Source of the DNA: Catajapyx aquilonaris
Lineage: Eukaryota
Length of the DNA: 64,000 nt
Assembly: GCA_000934665.2 (NCBI GenBank)
Contig: JYFJ02001109.1
Location: forward strand, 1-64,000
Direction of reading: 5' to 3'
In this document: positions 12,354 through 25,935 of the stretch, in pieces
Numbering within the stretch: the first letter of the stretch is position 1
How the letters are laid out: each line of letters begins with the position of its first letter
Position numbers and translations under genes: made by a program
The notes under the pieces: model-generated
Database searches by the model: none
What the model was told of the DNA's origin: nothing
Seen by the model: the letters and a program-made list of their open reading frames with translations, nothing else

Positions 12354-12914
12354 CGAGGAGTTACCCGCCTATAATATGGTCTACACTTCTTTTGGTAACC
12401 CAGGTAATCACTAGTAATCATAAGGTAATCTGGGTAATCCCTAGTAATCATAAGGTAATCTGGGTAATCCCTAGTAATCATAAGGTAATCTGGGTAATCC
12501 CTAGTAATCATAAGGTAATCTGGGTAATCCCTAGTAATCATAAGGTAATCTGGGTAATCCCTAGTAATCATAAGGTAATCGTGTGGAATCATAAGGTAAT
12601 CTTCTGTAATCATAAGGCAATCTTTTGTAATCATAAGGTAATCTTCTGTAATCATAAGGTAATCGTGTGGAATCATAAGGTAATCTTTTGTAATCATAAG
12701 GTAATATTGTATACGGTAATCTTGTGTAATCATAAGGTAATCGTGTGGAATCATAAGGTAATCTTGTGTAATCATAAGGTAATCTTGTGTAATCACATGG
12801 TAATCTTGTGTAATCACATGGTAATATTGTGTAATCATAAGGTAATCTTGTGTAATCATAAAGTTATCAGGGGTTATCATGGTGTACACTTTTAGTAGAG
12901 TGGGTAACCCCTTG
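12354..12914. mobile_element. P-superfamily-like MITE with GTAATC/GATTAC minisatellite cargo
   Basis: Ends CGAGGAGTTACCC / GGGTAACCCCTTG and a perfect 8-bp TSD TCTTGGCC (12346-12353, 12915-12922). Interior 30-bp and 21-bp TAATCATAAGG repeats. Confidence 0.8.
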
Positions 12915-13489
12915 TCTTGGCCCGATTTGCCCTAAATAATAATGCCACAAATGGCCCGGGATGTCACTTCTCCGTATAACCGGATCTTGGCCCCGACCAG
13001 CAGGTTTTCCCTCCAAATTATCCGGGAGCCTTTGATCCTTGAATCGTACCAAAATTTGTGGATAATACCCAGGTCCAGTTATGGCATCTAAAACATCCGG
13101 AGTCACGTTGAGGGTGCCCAGATTATCCGGAGGGGGTGTAGGATCCGGAGCCGATCGCATTGATTTGGGCGACCCCTGGGAGTGGAAGATGCAGGCTTCT
13201 GCTCTCTAATCTTTGCAGGCCTCCAAGGCATACCCTACCCTGCACTTATCTGTGTTTGCTCTGCCATGCGTCATGTGTTCCTATCTAGAGCTCCGATTGC
13301 TCTCTGGGCCGCTGCGGGATGTTATCCGGGGACATCTCGCATCAGTCGCGCCCTCCGGATTTGCTCACTAAAACGACCGCTTAAATAACACCCGTTCTCT
13401 GGACTTGTCGGTTGGATCTGCCGTTTTACAAGTAGGCGTTGGGGGGTGCCGAGAGGTGACGCTAGGGGCAGGGTAAACACGTTTAGAAT

Positions 13490-14350
13490 CCGGGATCTGG
13501 CAGGTTGGAACAGGTCGGGACTTACCCATTCCTGTCTGATCCTGTCTGGACTTGCCCATTCCCTTCCTGTCGATACTTGCCCATTCCTGTCAGATCCTGT
13601 CGATATTTGCCCATTCCTGTCAGATCCTGTCTGGACTTGCCCATTCCCTTCCTGTCGATACTTGCCCATTCCTGTCAGATCCTGTCGATACTTGCCCATT
13701 CCTGTCAGATCCTGTCTGGACTTGCCCATTCCCTTCCTGTCGATACTTGCCCATTCCTGTCAGATCCTGTCGATACTGGCCCATTCCAGTTGAATCCTGT
13801 CGAAACTGACCCGTTACGAGGGGTTTACTGTACACCTTCGTGGGTAGTCCGGGTAGTCCGGTAGTCCGTGGACCCCTCGGCCCGTTCAGTGCATGTCAGG
13901 ACTTGCCCATTCCTGTTGGAGCTTGTCCTAACTGGACCATTCCGGGTAGATCCTGTCGGGACAGGCCTGTTCCGGTTGGATGTGGCCCCTTTCCTGCTGG
14001 AGCCTGTCGAGACTGGTACATTCTGGTTGGAGCCTGTCCGAACTGGCCCCCTTCCAGCTGGATCCTGTTGGGACTTGCCCGTTCCTGTTGGAACATGTCA
14101 GGACTTGCCTATTTTGGTCCCTGTCCTGTTGAAGCCTGTCCGGACTGGCCCGTTCCAGTTGGAGCGTGTCCGTACTTGACCGTTCCAGTGGATCCGGCCA
14201 GGACTGGTTAGTCCTGCTAGATCATATTGGGACTGGTCCATTCCCTTTGGAGCTTGTCAGATCTGACCTCTACATGTTGGATCCTGCCTGGACTAGCTCA
14301 TTCCGGTCGAATCCTGTCGGGGACTAGCCCGTTCCAGTTGGATCGGGCTT
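13490..14350. repeat. CCCATTCCTGTC/GATCCTGTC minisatellite (25/30-bp units), related to the 11900 array
   Basis: Tandem GATACTTGCCCATTCCTGTCAGATCCTGTC units at 13520-13800, decaying rightwards. Confidence 0.85.
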
Positions 14351-14719
14351 TTCCAGCCTTTCCAGTCCATTTTCACTTGGAACATGCAAGAAAGGCATAA
14401 AGCAGGGAAAGACGGGGAGGGAGGGAGGGAGGGAGGGAATAAAATGGTGGAAGCTCATTGGGGGCTTTTTGCTTTTCCATCCCCGCAAGTCATTCTCCTT
14501 AAACTCCGATTAGGAGCCCGCCAGCGATTAATTGCGGGATTCCAGAACCATAATGAAAGGCACTTGATTTCATTGCAGCGCAGAGAAGTGGAGGACATGA
14601 AAGTTAAAGGTTACTGCACATTACTATTAATATCTATTGTGCTGGTCGGGTATAGTAGTGCACTAGGAACAAGAGTTAAAATGGGTCAGGTCAGGTCAGT
14701 CCTTGATCAGTTAGGACAA

Positions 14720-15380
14720 TTCCGGAGGTAGTCTGGAGGTAGTCCGGGGATAATTCAAGAGTAATGCAGGGGGTTGAGGTGGGGCAGACCGGAGGTAGTC
14801 CGGGGGTAGTCCGTGGACACTTTCATAGATAGTCCAGGGGAAGCCCGAGAAAGTCCAGGGGTAGTCCGTAGTCCGAGGGTAATCCAGGGGGTTTACCGAG
14901 GGGTCCGAGGAGGCAGTGCGTAGTTCGAGGATAGTCCGGATAGTCCAGCCTGAAATACCCGAGTAGTCCGGGTAGTCCGTATATGCAAAAGAAATCTCGG
15001 ATAACCCCTTAAATGTGCAGGTCGTGAGACGTGGTATTCTAGGAACTTGGAGTCAGGTCAGGTCAGAGTCAGTGAGCACTGCAGACAATAATTCACATTA
15101 TACCATACCACCAGCACTGCAACGGTATCGCCCAAGTCACTATCTTGAATTTTTTGCGTACACGGACTATCCCCGGACTACTCGGGTAGTCGAGACTGCC
15201 CGGATTACCCTCAGACTACCTACAAATGTGTAAACGGACTACCCTTATATCAGTTAAGACAACTCCGCGGGTAGTCCGCGGGTAGTCCGGGGTTGACCGG
15301 GATTGACCGGGATTGACCGGGGTTGGCCGGGGTTGGCCGGGGAAACTCCGGGGGTAGACCGGGTATTTAGTGAATAACTC
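14720..15380. mobile_element. GGTAGTCC-minisatellite MITE fragments in both orientations
   Basis: GGTAGTCC repeats ending ATAACCCCTT (~15010), an inverted GGACTACC block at 15150-15250, and GGGTTGACCG 10-mers. Confidence 0.65.
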
Positions 15381-16359
15381 CATTGCTATCGACGCCACAC
15401 CACCTGAATTTCAACGGACGTGTCCCAGCTTCGTAGATCGCATCTATGATAGCCCCAATAGCCATTCGCAGCAGCCTGCATTTCACACAAAAGCTCTTCC
15501 TAATTACCTCAATTTCCCGGCAGGGGGAACCAATGAGGGAACGTTTTTTAAACCCCATCTAGGCCTAGAACATTTTTTTCAGATAAATATAACCCGACTA
15601 GCCCGTCAGATTACGGAAGGGTCGTACCACATGCGGGTCACTGTACGGGACAGCCAAGACCCACGTCCTTTGTGATACCCATCCGGAAAGTGACATTGCA
15701 CTCAAAGGAAGGTGGGTATGCTGCATGTGTTTTTTTACAAAGTTGACATGGACCTCAAAATGGGGGACAGGACCATTACCAATGATTGCGAAGAGGGAGA
15801 CCCCTAGGGAGTGTGGGGTGTTACAATCGTCATGCCAACTTCCTTGCAGACCGCAATTCTCGCAGGCGTGGTAATTACACACTCATACACGCACACTGAG
15901 TATGGGTTTGGACAAATTAAACGGGACTGCACCAGTCCGGGGGGTTATGAAGTTGGTTAGAACCAGGCTCAAGACTCCAGTTTCAGGATTTCCTTTAGAG
16001 GATGACCATGTAATGAGTGATTACTGTGTTTTGGCAGCCTGGATTTTCCGATAGTGATTGATACCGTGTTATTTGCCGGACCGTTTGGCATCGGGTGGTC
16101 ATAAATCATCGTGTTTTGGGGTGCAAAAGATGCGTTAACTGGTTTTTGATGGGCGGGAACTGACCAAGACGGCTGTGGTGATTGGCGCGTGTATGTCCAT
16201 TACGGCCTGGTAGTCATGTTTAGGAGAAAGTGTGAGGGACACGGTCTAAACTAGCTCCCTGCAACTCCCACCCTAGCCTTATGGTGACGGAAGTGTTTGC
16301 AAAACCACCACACTGGGCGCCATTGTGATCCTTAGGTCCTCAGGTCTCCTCAATGCCCT

Positions 16360-16805
16360 AATCGAACCTAGCCTCATCGCTGGCTGTCTCACGACTGTAT
16401 ACAAAGCAGGTAGCTTCCACCCAGGCCCGCCATTTACTGATTTAATGACCAGACCTAATTTTTGTCCGTTTTGTCGCTCACTGGGGTCAACTGGTTGCCA
16501 GACTCCTTCTGAACCAACCCAAACCGTCAATACTCACTGTCAGTACAGAACCCCCAGCCGCCGTACGCAGATTCGGCCGCCAACTACCCGAGTGCGCCTG
16601 GCCCCAGTGAGCTACTCCAGCGCCAAATTCCGGACAGGCGGAGACACTGTAAAGTACCCTACCGTATCGCAGGAGTTGCAGGGGCTGGTCTTAAATGGCA
16701 AAATTAGGTATGGTCACTAAATCAGTAAACGGCGGGACTGGGTGGAGGCTACCTGCTTTGTATAGAGTCGTGAGACAGCAGGAGACGAGGCTTGGGTCTG
16801 AATGA
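16360..16805. mobile_element. MITE/fold-back element with ~95-bp TIRs; solo arm fragments at ~4470-4530, 10040-10100, 11845-11880
   Basis: CCTAGCCTC..GCTGTCTCACGACT..ACAAAGCAGGTAGC..TTTACTGATTTA..ACCTAATTTT is mirrored at 16700-16797. Confidence 0.8.
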
Positions 16806-17684
16806 CTATAGGGAGGTCATATCTCTCTCTAATCTAGTACTAGCCAGAAGATGATTTCTTAGTACGACCAGATCGTTTGATCGAGCCCGGTTCTGATGCA
16901 AAATTTTGTAATTAGATCTCCGTCTCCTAGAATTGGTCCCATGGCTCCACCCCCTCCCTGCAACATTCGTGCCATCTGGAGAGAGTCATCATCAAAATCG
17001 AACTCTTCATTCTACACGCAGCTCACACTTTCTCTTCCATCTTTTCCCCTCCTTCAATGTCCATCTTGAGAATTGTCCCGTTTAATGGGACGGAACGGTT
17101 TTAAGCCGGGGGGTGCCGACCTTGTAATCAGATGTATATGCGCTATGTCCTAAACCTATTGATCTAGGCATATCTAGCTTGCAGTTCATGTTTCACACGT
17201 ATCGTCTTGATGTATGTCCTTTGACTTAGAAAACGTAATCGTCCCATGACGGAGCCGTCTCTTCAAAGCCCATCCTAAAGGGGGGACGGGACAAAATTCG
17301 GTTCTATACACTGGATTCTGGCTTTGACTTGGATGGTCCGGGGGATTGGGATTGATGGTCCAATTGCGGCCTGGGAAAGTTGGAACTGGCGGACACTTTA
17401 GGAGGACGGTAGAGGATGGGGGGATTTTGGGCACGAGTTACGTGGAGTACGGAATTTACAATAGGGCTTGGGTGCTTCTTCACGGACTGACCTTCAAGCA
17501 ATCATCCGTACGTCCGCTACATGGTGTCATAAGTTCGCTAGTTTTGTCATGAAATGTGTCGTTTTCTGGAGGCGAACCTGGTGGGAGACAACTTGCTTTG
17601 TAAATAAGTCGTTTGGTAGCCATGGCCTAGGGACAGCACAAAAGATCGTATGAAACACTTGCTCTAACAATGCCACGATCAAGT

Positions 17685-19230
17685 TGACGGATAAAGGTCA
17701 AACAATAGGATAACAGTTGAATAACGGTCAAGTTGGCAGCATAACGGTCAAATAACGGTCAAGTTGGCAGCATAACGGTCAAATAACGGTCAAGTTGGCA
17801 GCATAACGGTCAAATAATGGCCAAGCCGACGGATAACGATCAAACTGTTAAGTAACAGTCAAATATCAGTCATGGTGGCAGCATAACGGTCAAATAACGG
17901 TAAAGTTGACGGATAACTGTCAAATTGTCGAATAACGGTTAAAAACGATCAAACTGTTGGATCACGGATAAATAACAGTAACAGGCTGCACGTGTTACAA
18001 CCTGATCCCCTTCGACCCTGATTTACGACCTGCTCTGGTCACACACGAATAAATCAGTGGGACAAGTGACCCTAGAATCCCATAGACTCCCCTACCGATG
18101 TCGCTTATCGACAACAAGGACCCAAATCTGATTATTACTCACATTGGTTGGTCGAAAAGGAAGGAAGAAAAAGTAGATATTGTCTGTGAGAGACGGATGA
18201 AAATGAAAAGAACATTTGGGTCCCTTTGCAGAGAGTCGAGAGATCCCTCCCCGCCTTCCCCCGCCTCCCCATCCCTTCCGTACCTATACTCCCCGCCTTG
18301 GCATGGCGACGAACCAACTGCATACCAACCAGCTCCCTTTTGTCATTGAGACCGCTTTATATTCTCCACCTAACCGATCCATCAGGTCTTCCACAGTAGT
18401 GGGGAGGAGCGGGGAGATGGAAAAGGGGAGGAGGGGAGGGGAGGATGAGGGAATGATGGCGGGGGGACGGTCACGCATGGAGATGCTTTGCGGTTCCGAG
18501 GACGATGCTGGGACTCCGGAGGCGCACCGGAGCAATGCGTGGCTCCAATCTGGAGGAATCTCAGCGGTGACATGAGGCAGGCTCGTTACTGGGACAGGAA
18601 TGGAGGCCATGTTGGAAGGAATAACGTTCAAGTTGACGGATAACGGTCAAACCGCTGGAAAACTGTTAAATTACGGTCAAACTATCGGAGACCTGTTAGG
18701 TAACGGTCAAACTGTCGGATAACGGTTAAATAATGGTTATATAACAGTCAAGTTGTCGGAATAACAGTCATATAGCGGTCACATGACGGATAGCTGTCAA
18801 ATTGTCAGGAAACTTAAATAATGGTCAGTTGGCAGAATAACAGTAAAATAACTGTCCCACAGTCGGATATCGGTTAAATAACGGTCAATTTGAAGGATAA
18901 CGGTCAAACAGTTGGTTAAGTAATGGTCAAACTGTCGGGATATCGGTTAAAAAACTGTTAAATAAGTCAACTAACGGTCAAGTTGGCAGCACAACGGTCA
19001 ATTAACGGTCAAAATGTCGAAAGGTCAAATAGTGCTGGTCAAATTACAGTAAAGTTGCCAAAATAAGAGTCAAAAAACGTTCAAATAACTGTCGGAAACC
19101 TGTTAGGTAACGGCCAAACTGTCGGATAACGTTACATAACTGTTAAATAACGGTCACGTTGGCAGCATAACAGCCAAAGAACAGTCTAGTTGTCACCATA
19201 ACGGTCAAATCGTCGAATAACGGTCAAATT
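17685..19230. repeat. TAACGGTCAA 10-bp-based satellite patches (17685-17985, 18630-19230)
   Basis: Repeated ATAACGGTCAA / GTTGGCAGCATAACGGTCAAA, separated by a unique island at ~18000-18625. Confidence 0.8.
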
Positions 19231-20229
19231 TGAGCCAAAATGAAGACATTGCTGAGTAAAATGAAAGTTAGTGCACATGTCTAGAGGAGTGATCTCATAT
19301 GTTCAGGGCTGATGGCCATGTTGGTAGGAATGGCTGGCCATTTGGTGGCTTACACCAGGAATGGCCAGGGGGCTACATTGTACGCGGAAAAATCCCTCAA
19401 ATCATGCCTCCTTCCGCATCACTTCTCACCAAATTCGACCAGTTCAATCACCATCCTGGCCAATAAAAGAGCCTCGCTTTCCGGATTAATAGCACCTCTG
19501 ACAATCGGAAAGCTTCTTAATAGTCGACTCGTAAACGGCCTATTAGGCTAATACAATTGCTTCGGTCGCATTAATTCGGGATGGGGGGCGAAATAGCTAT
19601 GAACTCCTCCTAGATCACCTCGTTGCAACGTCCCCAATCCAATCCTCCCTGGTTTGGAGATTAACTCCAGCAAGTCCCTGTGAGAGGGGAGTTCATGTGC
19701 ACTTGTCCAACCCATGGTAAATCCAAAGCCATCATTGCTCTCCATCCACTCCCTCTTCTTTGGTTTTTGGAAAATCCCTCTCCATTTTTCCTCCTCCACC
19801 ACCAGAGGGATAGGGTGAGACAAAGAGAGCACCGATTATAAATTCTTCTCCAGGAAGCTGGGGAAAAGGATATCTCGTCGTTCACTTAGCCTTATGAGGC
19901 GTTTCCTCGGATTGATATCAGAGGAAGGGTTTACGATTCCCCTGCCCGTAGTTACCAATTTACGACAGCGTGGGACTGCATTCTGAGGTTGGGAGGTGTC
20001 GAGGAGTGGGGGGCGATATGGGGCCGAAGACTCTTTCCATGGGATTTGCTTTTTCGTCAACCCTCGTGATGACGCCCGTGAATACCAGATCTGGATGTGC
20101 CAAAATCACAAGTTATCATCAGGGGGGCTGCTTCCATGGAATCATTCCGCTAACGAGATTTTCGAGAGGTTCTGAATGCCTGATGGTTGAGTGTGGGTGG
20201 AATTTTTGAATCGACGTGACGGCCCAAGT

Positions 20230-22720
20230 TGGAGAAATAACGGCCAAATAGGCGGATAACGGTCAAATCGACGAATAACTGTCATATTGGCGGATAACTG
20301 TTATATTGGAGGAAAAACCACTTGACTTAAGGAAATAATGGTCATATTGGGGGATGGGGGATAACCGTTCGATCTAAAGAAGACCGTTAGGAAATAACGT
20401 TCAAATCGAAGAATAACGGTCATATTAGTGGAAAACCGTTAATGTGAGGAAAAACTGTTACACTTAAGGAAATAGCGGTCATATTGGCGGATAACCGTCC
20501 GATTGAAAGAATAACTGTTAGACATAAAATAACTGTCACATTATCGGATAACTGTTACATTTAAGGAGAAACCGTTAGACGTAAGGAAAAACCGGTCAAA
20601 ATGCAGGCGTCAAGCTCGAACCTTTGCACCTTCGACGGCATCCATCCCCCTTCCATCCCCCCATAAGTTCAGCATCGGTTGTGCCATCTCGCCAGCTTCT
20701 TATCTGCTGCCAATCTCATTTTCCTTCCTCGGGGCTGGAAAACAGCCTTTAATCTCAAAGTCCATCTTCCCCGATAATGAACCGGGACCCGGGGCATCCA
20801 CTCGCCTCGCACTCGCACTCTCCCGGATTGTTTTAATTTTCCGGCAGCCAGCCAGCCAGCCCCTCTCTTTTTTTCCGGGGAGCTTCCCCCTTCCCCTTCC
20901 CTTTCTCCTTTACCCTATTTCGCGTCCCATCTACTCCCTCACCGCCAGCGCCACCTCGCTACAATCAGGTTAAGGTTCCATCCAAGATGGCGACGGGATC
21001 TCTCGCCTGGTGATTTTGAGAGGGGCTGGAAGGGGATGGAAGGGACGGGGATGGTTCTGATTTGGTAGAGGGAATGTTAGGGTCGGAGAGTAATTTAGGA
21101 AGTTAAAATTTTGACCGTAGACAGCAGGTAACATTAGTATCGGGGCCTGTTGCAGGCAGTCCCCTGTTTGCATAGCACCTGTAAAGCATATTTCTTGAGC
21201 TTATACCTATAGAATAACCAAACACATTACCGCTGTAACTTATGCCACGCATCAAGCTAGATAGAACTGCATCCTATCTATTCCTAGACTTCTCACGTGC
21301 GACTCAACAGCAGCACAGTAGATAACGCTTCTTTCCCTGCGCCAAGTCCCGCGCTTATTCAATTCTGAGTCTAATAATCCGTCCGAAACATGAGCGCAAT
21401 GCAAAGTAAATAGAGTAAAGGATCCGGACTCGAACAGGTCTAAACATGAATGCCAATGACGCCCCCACCCCTCCCCTTTCTGTACCAAAAAAAAAAAAAA
21501 ACGAAACAGAGCCTGTGAAGAGGAACGGTCCCGTTTTCCTCTGTCTGACAGCAACAGACCAGTCCGTAAGGTGCAGGGATGCATGTTAATATGCTCATTG
21601 CGGTTTAATAGTCTGTAAAGGAGCAAAAGGGTTGATCAGACCAGGGAGTGGGTGGGGAGAGGAGGGGAAAAGATACCCCCTTTTCGCAGCCAAACCTCCC
21701 ACTCCCTCGTTCTTACGGCTCTCTGAATGGCTCATTTTCCTCTCAAGTCGGAGTTGGTCTAGGAGTACAGAGAGGAAAGTGGGGGGGGGGGGGGGNAGAA
21801 AGGAGGGGAAGGAGGGGAGGGGGTGAAAAATCGAAGTTAATCCGGCTGCTGTGAGTGGCAAATACAAACGTAGACAAGCTTGCTGTTGCCACGCCCTATG
21901 CTGTTCATTCCCATCCTGAGAGGTGATGGGGAGGACTCTAAGGCCATTGCTGGAAGGCCCAGGCTGGAATCGAAATCAGGACAGAAATTTGGGCCAGTTC
22001 CCCAGGTCTATCGTGGACTGACGGCCCAAGTTGGAGAAATAAGTGTCAAATTGACGGATAACGGTCATACTGACGGATAACGGATTGTAGGAATAACCGG
22101 TCAAAATGCAGTCATGTACTATGATTAAGCTTAAATATGACTGATTTTAACTGAAAAACACCTTCCACGTCAAGTCTACGGATAACGGTCAAATAGACAG
22201 ATAACGGTCAAATCGACGGATAATGGCCATATTGACATCTAACCATTTGACTTTAGGAATAACCGGCCAGTCAAATTGCAGACGTCTAGTACCACAATTA
22301 ACTTAAATACGACTTATTTTAACTGGAAAACTCCTTCACATATGTGTACTGTATATGGGTCCTGTTTTTCATACGGAATAACTCATGGGCATCCAGCAGG
22401 CTGTTGGGGTTTCCCAATTTCCCAGCCGCCTAGGCCATTACCTCCACCTGAGTTGCCTCGCATGTAGAAACAGGCTCCAGACACACTCCGTGAGGTTCAG
22501 CCAATGCATGTAGGGCTGAGATTCAAGCGTAAAAGTCTGTATGTGGCAGCTACTTCAATAGGTACATACTATCGTCTATAGATAAGTGGAAATACTATAT
22601 CTACATACTGACGGATAACGGTCAAATCAACGGATAACGGTAAAGTCGACAATAACGGTCAAGTTGACGGTTAACGGTCAAATCTAGGGTAACGGTCAAA
22701 ACCTTGGATAACGGTTAGCA
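20230..22720. repeat. Further TAACGGTCAA patches (20230-20600, 22020-22275, 22605-22720) alternating with unique islands
   Basis: Same GGATAACGGTCA vocabulary. The inverted form TTGACCGTTAT occurs at 24815-25200 and 11030-11055. Confidence 0.75.
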
Positions 22721-23402
22721 GCTATTCCTGATATTACCGATGCATTAGACATGCCCGATAGCCATCGGTCCATAATTGCGTCTCCATTATGATACAGACT
22801 GGGGGCAATGAAAATGAGGCTGAGTCATTGGTCCACCCTTCCCCCCTCTACCTCCCCCCTCTCCCCACTTTCGACAGAGGCGATTATGTGAGGAACCGCC
22901 TTTTCCATATCAACTGGAATGGGCCTTCGGAAGAGGCCTGAGCCCCAGCTCATCATGAGCAAATGCGGACGCAATGGACCGAAGGATATCTCGTTCGTGC
23001 TTTTCCCCTCACATCCCTCCCCCCCCCTCCCCCATCCCCCCTCCCACACCCTCATTTCATTACCCTGCAAATTGTGGCCTGGGATGGGTTACCTACACTA
23101 GACTCTAGGTGGGCAAGATCGTGCTGATCTGGTGGTGAGGACTAGGGCCGTGTGTGCCGTTGGGATCTTGCACAGACGGACAGGGATTTGGCTGGTCAAT
23201 AAGATAGGCGATGCGGTGCCATCTACCGGGTGATATGCGAGTGGGACTTGTTTTCAGATGGGTTTGCCTGAATTTGTTGGTTGGGTTTATAGCCTACCAG
23301 GTGTCCAGGATTGACAAATGAGAGCAAGGCACCCGAGGCACACCTGTAACGCACCTGAGGCACACCCTATTAACATTCCTTACTTTCTTAATCGCAATCA
23401 CG

Positions 23403-23769
23403 CAAGGAGTTACTGACTCACCTAAAAGTGTTTACCATGATTACCCTAGATTACCTTATGATTACACATGATTACATTCTGATTGTACATAATTACAGTG
23501 TGATTACATTGTGATTACACATGATTATATTGTGATTACACGCGATTACCATTTGATTACCTGTGATTACTCAGATTACCTTATAATGATTAGGCTATCA
23601 GTGATTACCCTGGTTACCTAGTGATTACACAAGATTACCTAGTGATTACCCAGATTACCTTACTATTATCGTTGATATTTTCTATGATTGCATATGATTA
23701 TCAGGATTACCAGGATTGAGGATTACCAAGCGAAGTGTACACCAGATTACCAGAGTGGGTAACCGCTCG
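23403..23769. mobile_element. P-superfamily-like MITE, GATTAC cargo (older copy)
   Basis: CAAGGAGTTAC .. GAGTGGGTAACCGCTCG with degenerate 8-bp flanks CAATCACG / CATTCACA. Inserted in a CACACC/GCACACCTGA repeat region. Confidence 0.7.
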
Positions 23770-23829
23770 CATTCACACCCTATTCACATGCCTTACTTTC
23801 TTACTCGCATTCACGCCTCATTCACACTT

Positions 23830-23910
23830 GAGGCACGCACACCTGGCGCACACCTGACGCACACCTGACGCACACCTGACGCACACCTGACGCACACCTG
23901 GCGCACACCC
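23830..23910. repeat. 11-bp GCACACCTGRC tandem repeat
   Basis: About 6 consecutive units. Confidence 0.85.
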
Positions 23911-24814
23911 GCCCCTGCCCAACGACGGGGATCCCATCTAGCGTCAGACTCCAGACATCCCGAATCGCAATGGTCATAATCCATTACCTGCTTGTCATGA
24001 CTTCCAAATTACACCTCAACTCCCACCGTCCCCCGACTCTATTCAACAGTGGTTTGTCCAAATTTCCAGTCCCTACTCGACATAAATGGGTGCCATTGTA
24101 GGTGGGTACTTTGTCTGGTAGATTCCCTCCGACTTTGTCTCCCCGGCAGGACCGGTGACAAAAGCAGGCAGCTGGCTATGACGTATGGAAACCCCCTCCT
24201 CCTCCTCACCACCACCACCATACCCATACCACCCTCTAGCCAGAAAGACATCTCCAGAGGCGTAGATGAGTGAACAAACGGCACGTCACCTAGGAACCCA
24301 CTGTGCTGAGATGACATGCCTTAGGCCGCAATTAATTCCAACCGTTGAAAGCGCCAGACTTTGATGTGGCCTTTGAAGTTGTGCTTTTTTATTATGTGGA
24401 AACAAGATGGCCTCCCCTTCTTGTTGCTATGACTGGACCATAAATGGAGGGGTATAATACGCTCCAAATTAATATTTAGCAGCCACAATAATGTCCTCAT
24501 ACTGTAAACAGAGTGACAATAGACACTCGCTTTTTGTGGATTCAAAATGGTGGCGTACTTGGTTTATGGCGGTTTTTCGGGAACAATGGAGGTTGTAGAT
24601 ATGACATGGAGGCGATAAGGCGGATTGTAAATAACAGGTTAATGAAGCTGATTATGATTCAGGGTGATGAAGCTATCTACAAATTATACTGCTGGGTTTT
24701 TTGACCCTTTTGAGGTCGATTGGCAGGAAGCAGGACTGGCAACAATGGGGACAAGCGGCGAGGAGGCTCATCGCATATGCTCATGTGGCCATGTTTCACT
24801 TAATAACTTCAGTT

Positions 24815-25235
24815 GGTCGGCTTGACGGTTATCCGTCGATTTGACCGTTATTTCTCCAACTTAGTAACTTAACAATCCAGATTTAAATAGTTCTTCACAT
24901 CTTATCCGCTATCCGTCGATTTGACCCGTTATTCGTCAGTTTGACCGTCATTCGTCAGTTTGACCAGTAATCCGCCGATTTGACAGTTATTCGTCCGGTT
25001 GACCAGTTATCCGTTCTATTTGACCGTTATTTCTCCAAGTTAATAACAATACTACAGATTATAATAGTTCTTCCCATCTTATTCGTTATCCGTCAATTTG
25101 ACCCGTTATTCGTCTGTTTGACCGTTATTCGTCAGTTTGACCGTTATCCGTCGATTTGACCGTTATTCGTCAGTTTGACCGTTATTTCTCCAACTCAATA
25201 ACTATAACAATTCAGATTCTAATAGTTCTTCCCAT
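24815..25235. repeat. TTGACCGTTAT satellite patch (inverted TAACGGTCAA family)
   Basis: 20-bp GTTATTCGTCAGTTTGACC units nested in a ~180-bp higher-order repeat. Confidence 0.8.
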
Positions 25236-25878
25236 TTAATATCCAAAGTTCTGGCCCCCACATTATGATTCACCGATGATCTCATCCTCTCAAATGATCG
25301 TGACTCAATTTTGGATGCAAATCCTTTCACACTCCCCCCATCTTGCGCTTTTTTGGACCAAGTTTGAACATTATGCATTGTTAGAATCTCTCCCTTCAGT
25401 TTTTTTTGTCAGTTTCTATAATCAAATTACGTTTGAACGAGTCAATCAGGCCTGATTCACACACCGTTGTCTTCTTGGAACCATCTCACACACTCACAAA
25501 AAAAAGGGGGCAAAGAAAAGAAAGAAGATTGATTACAGAGCCTCTTGCGGTGAGAGAATGAGCTAATGGAAGCTCCGGAGTTTCATATCACTCCTTGGGC
25601 CCTTTTGTCGCTCTCTTGAAGGACCTCCCATCCATGGCTCATCTTTCAGCATTAATGCCCTCGGCTGACTTCCCAACCTCGTGCGGACACTTCTGAGAGT
25701 GCCTCTTGTCTCAGACAAACATCGCTCACTACTCAGGCCTAGAGCACTTCTATAAATAAATGGGTACAGAGGCTGGACCTAACCTCCAAATTGGGTTAAG
25801 GTCGGTCAAGTCTATCAAAAGTTATGGTGGAATATAACTTTTAGCACTGGTGCTGGTGCTAGTGCGAATCTACGACTT

Positions 25879-25935
25879 TTGGCTGCCGGACAATTGGCTG
25901 CCGGTCAACTGGCTGCCGGTCATTTGGCTGCCGTG
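25879..25935. repeat. 15-bp TGGCTGCCG repeat x4
   Basis: TGGCTGCCG recurs four times at a 15-bp period. Confidence 0.75.

Noticed and set aside
12227..12895. 222-aa and 208-aa repetitive ORFs on both strands
   Set aside because: Translation of the GATTAC minisatellite inside a TSD-bounded MITE.
11896..14211. CRISPR-like periodicity and repetitive ORFs in 30-bp arrays (also 32020-32345, 60537-61385)
   Set aside because: Head-to-tail tandem units without unique spacers, no cas genes, eukaryotic context.
18216..18631. Overlapping ~115-aa ORFs on both strands
   Set aside because: GC-rich low-complexity island without a recognisable domain; probably non-coding.
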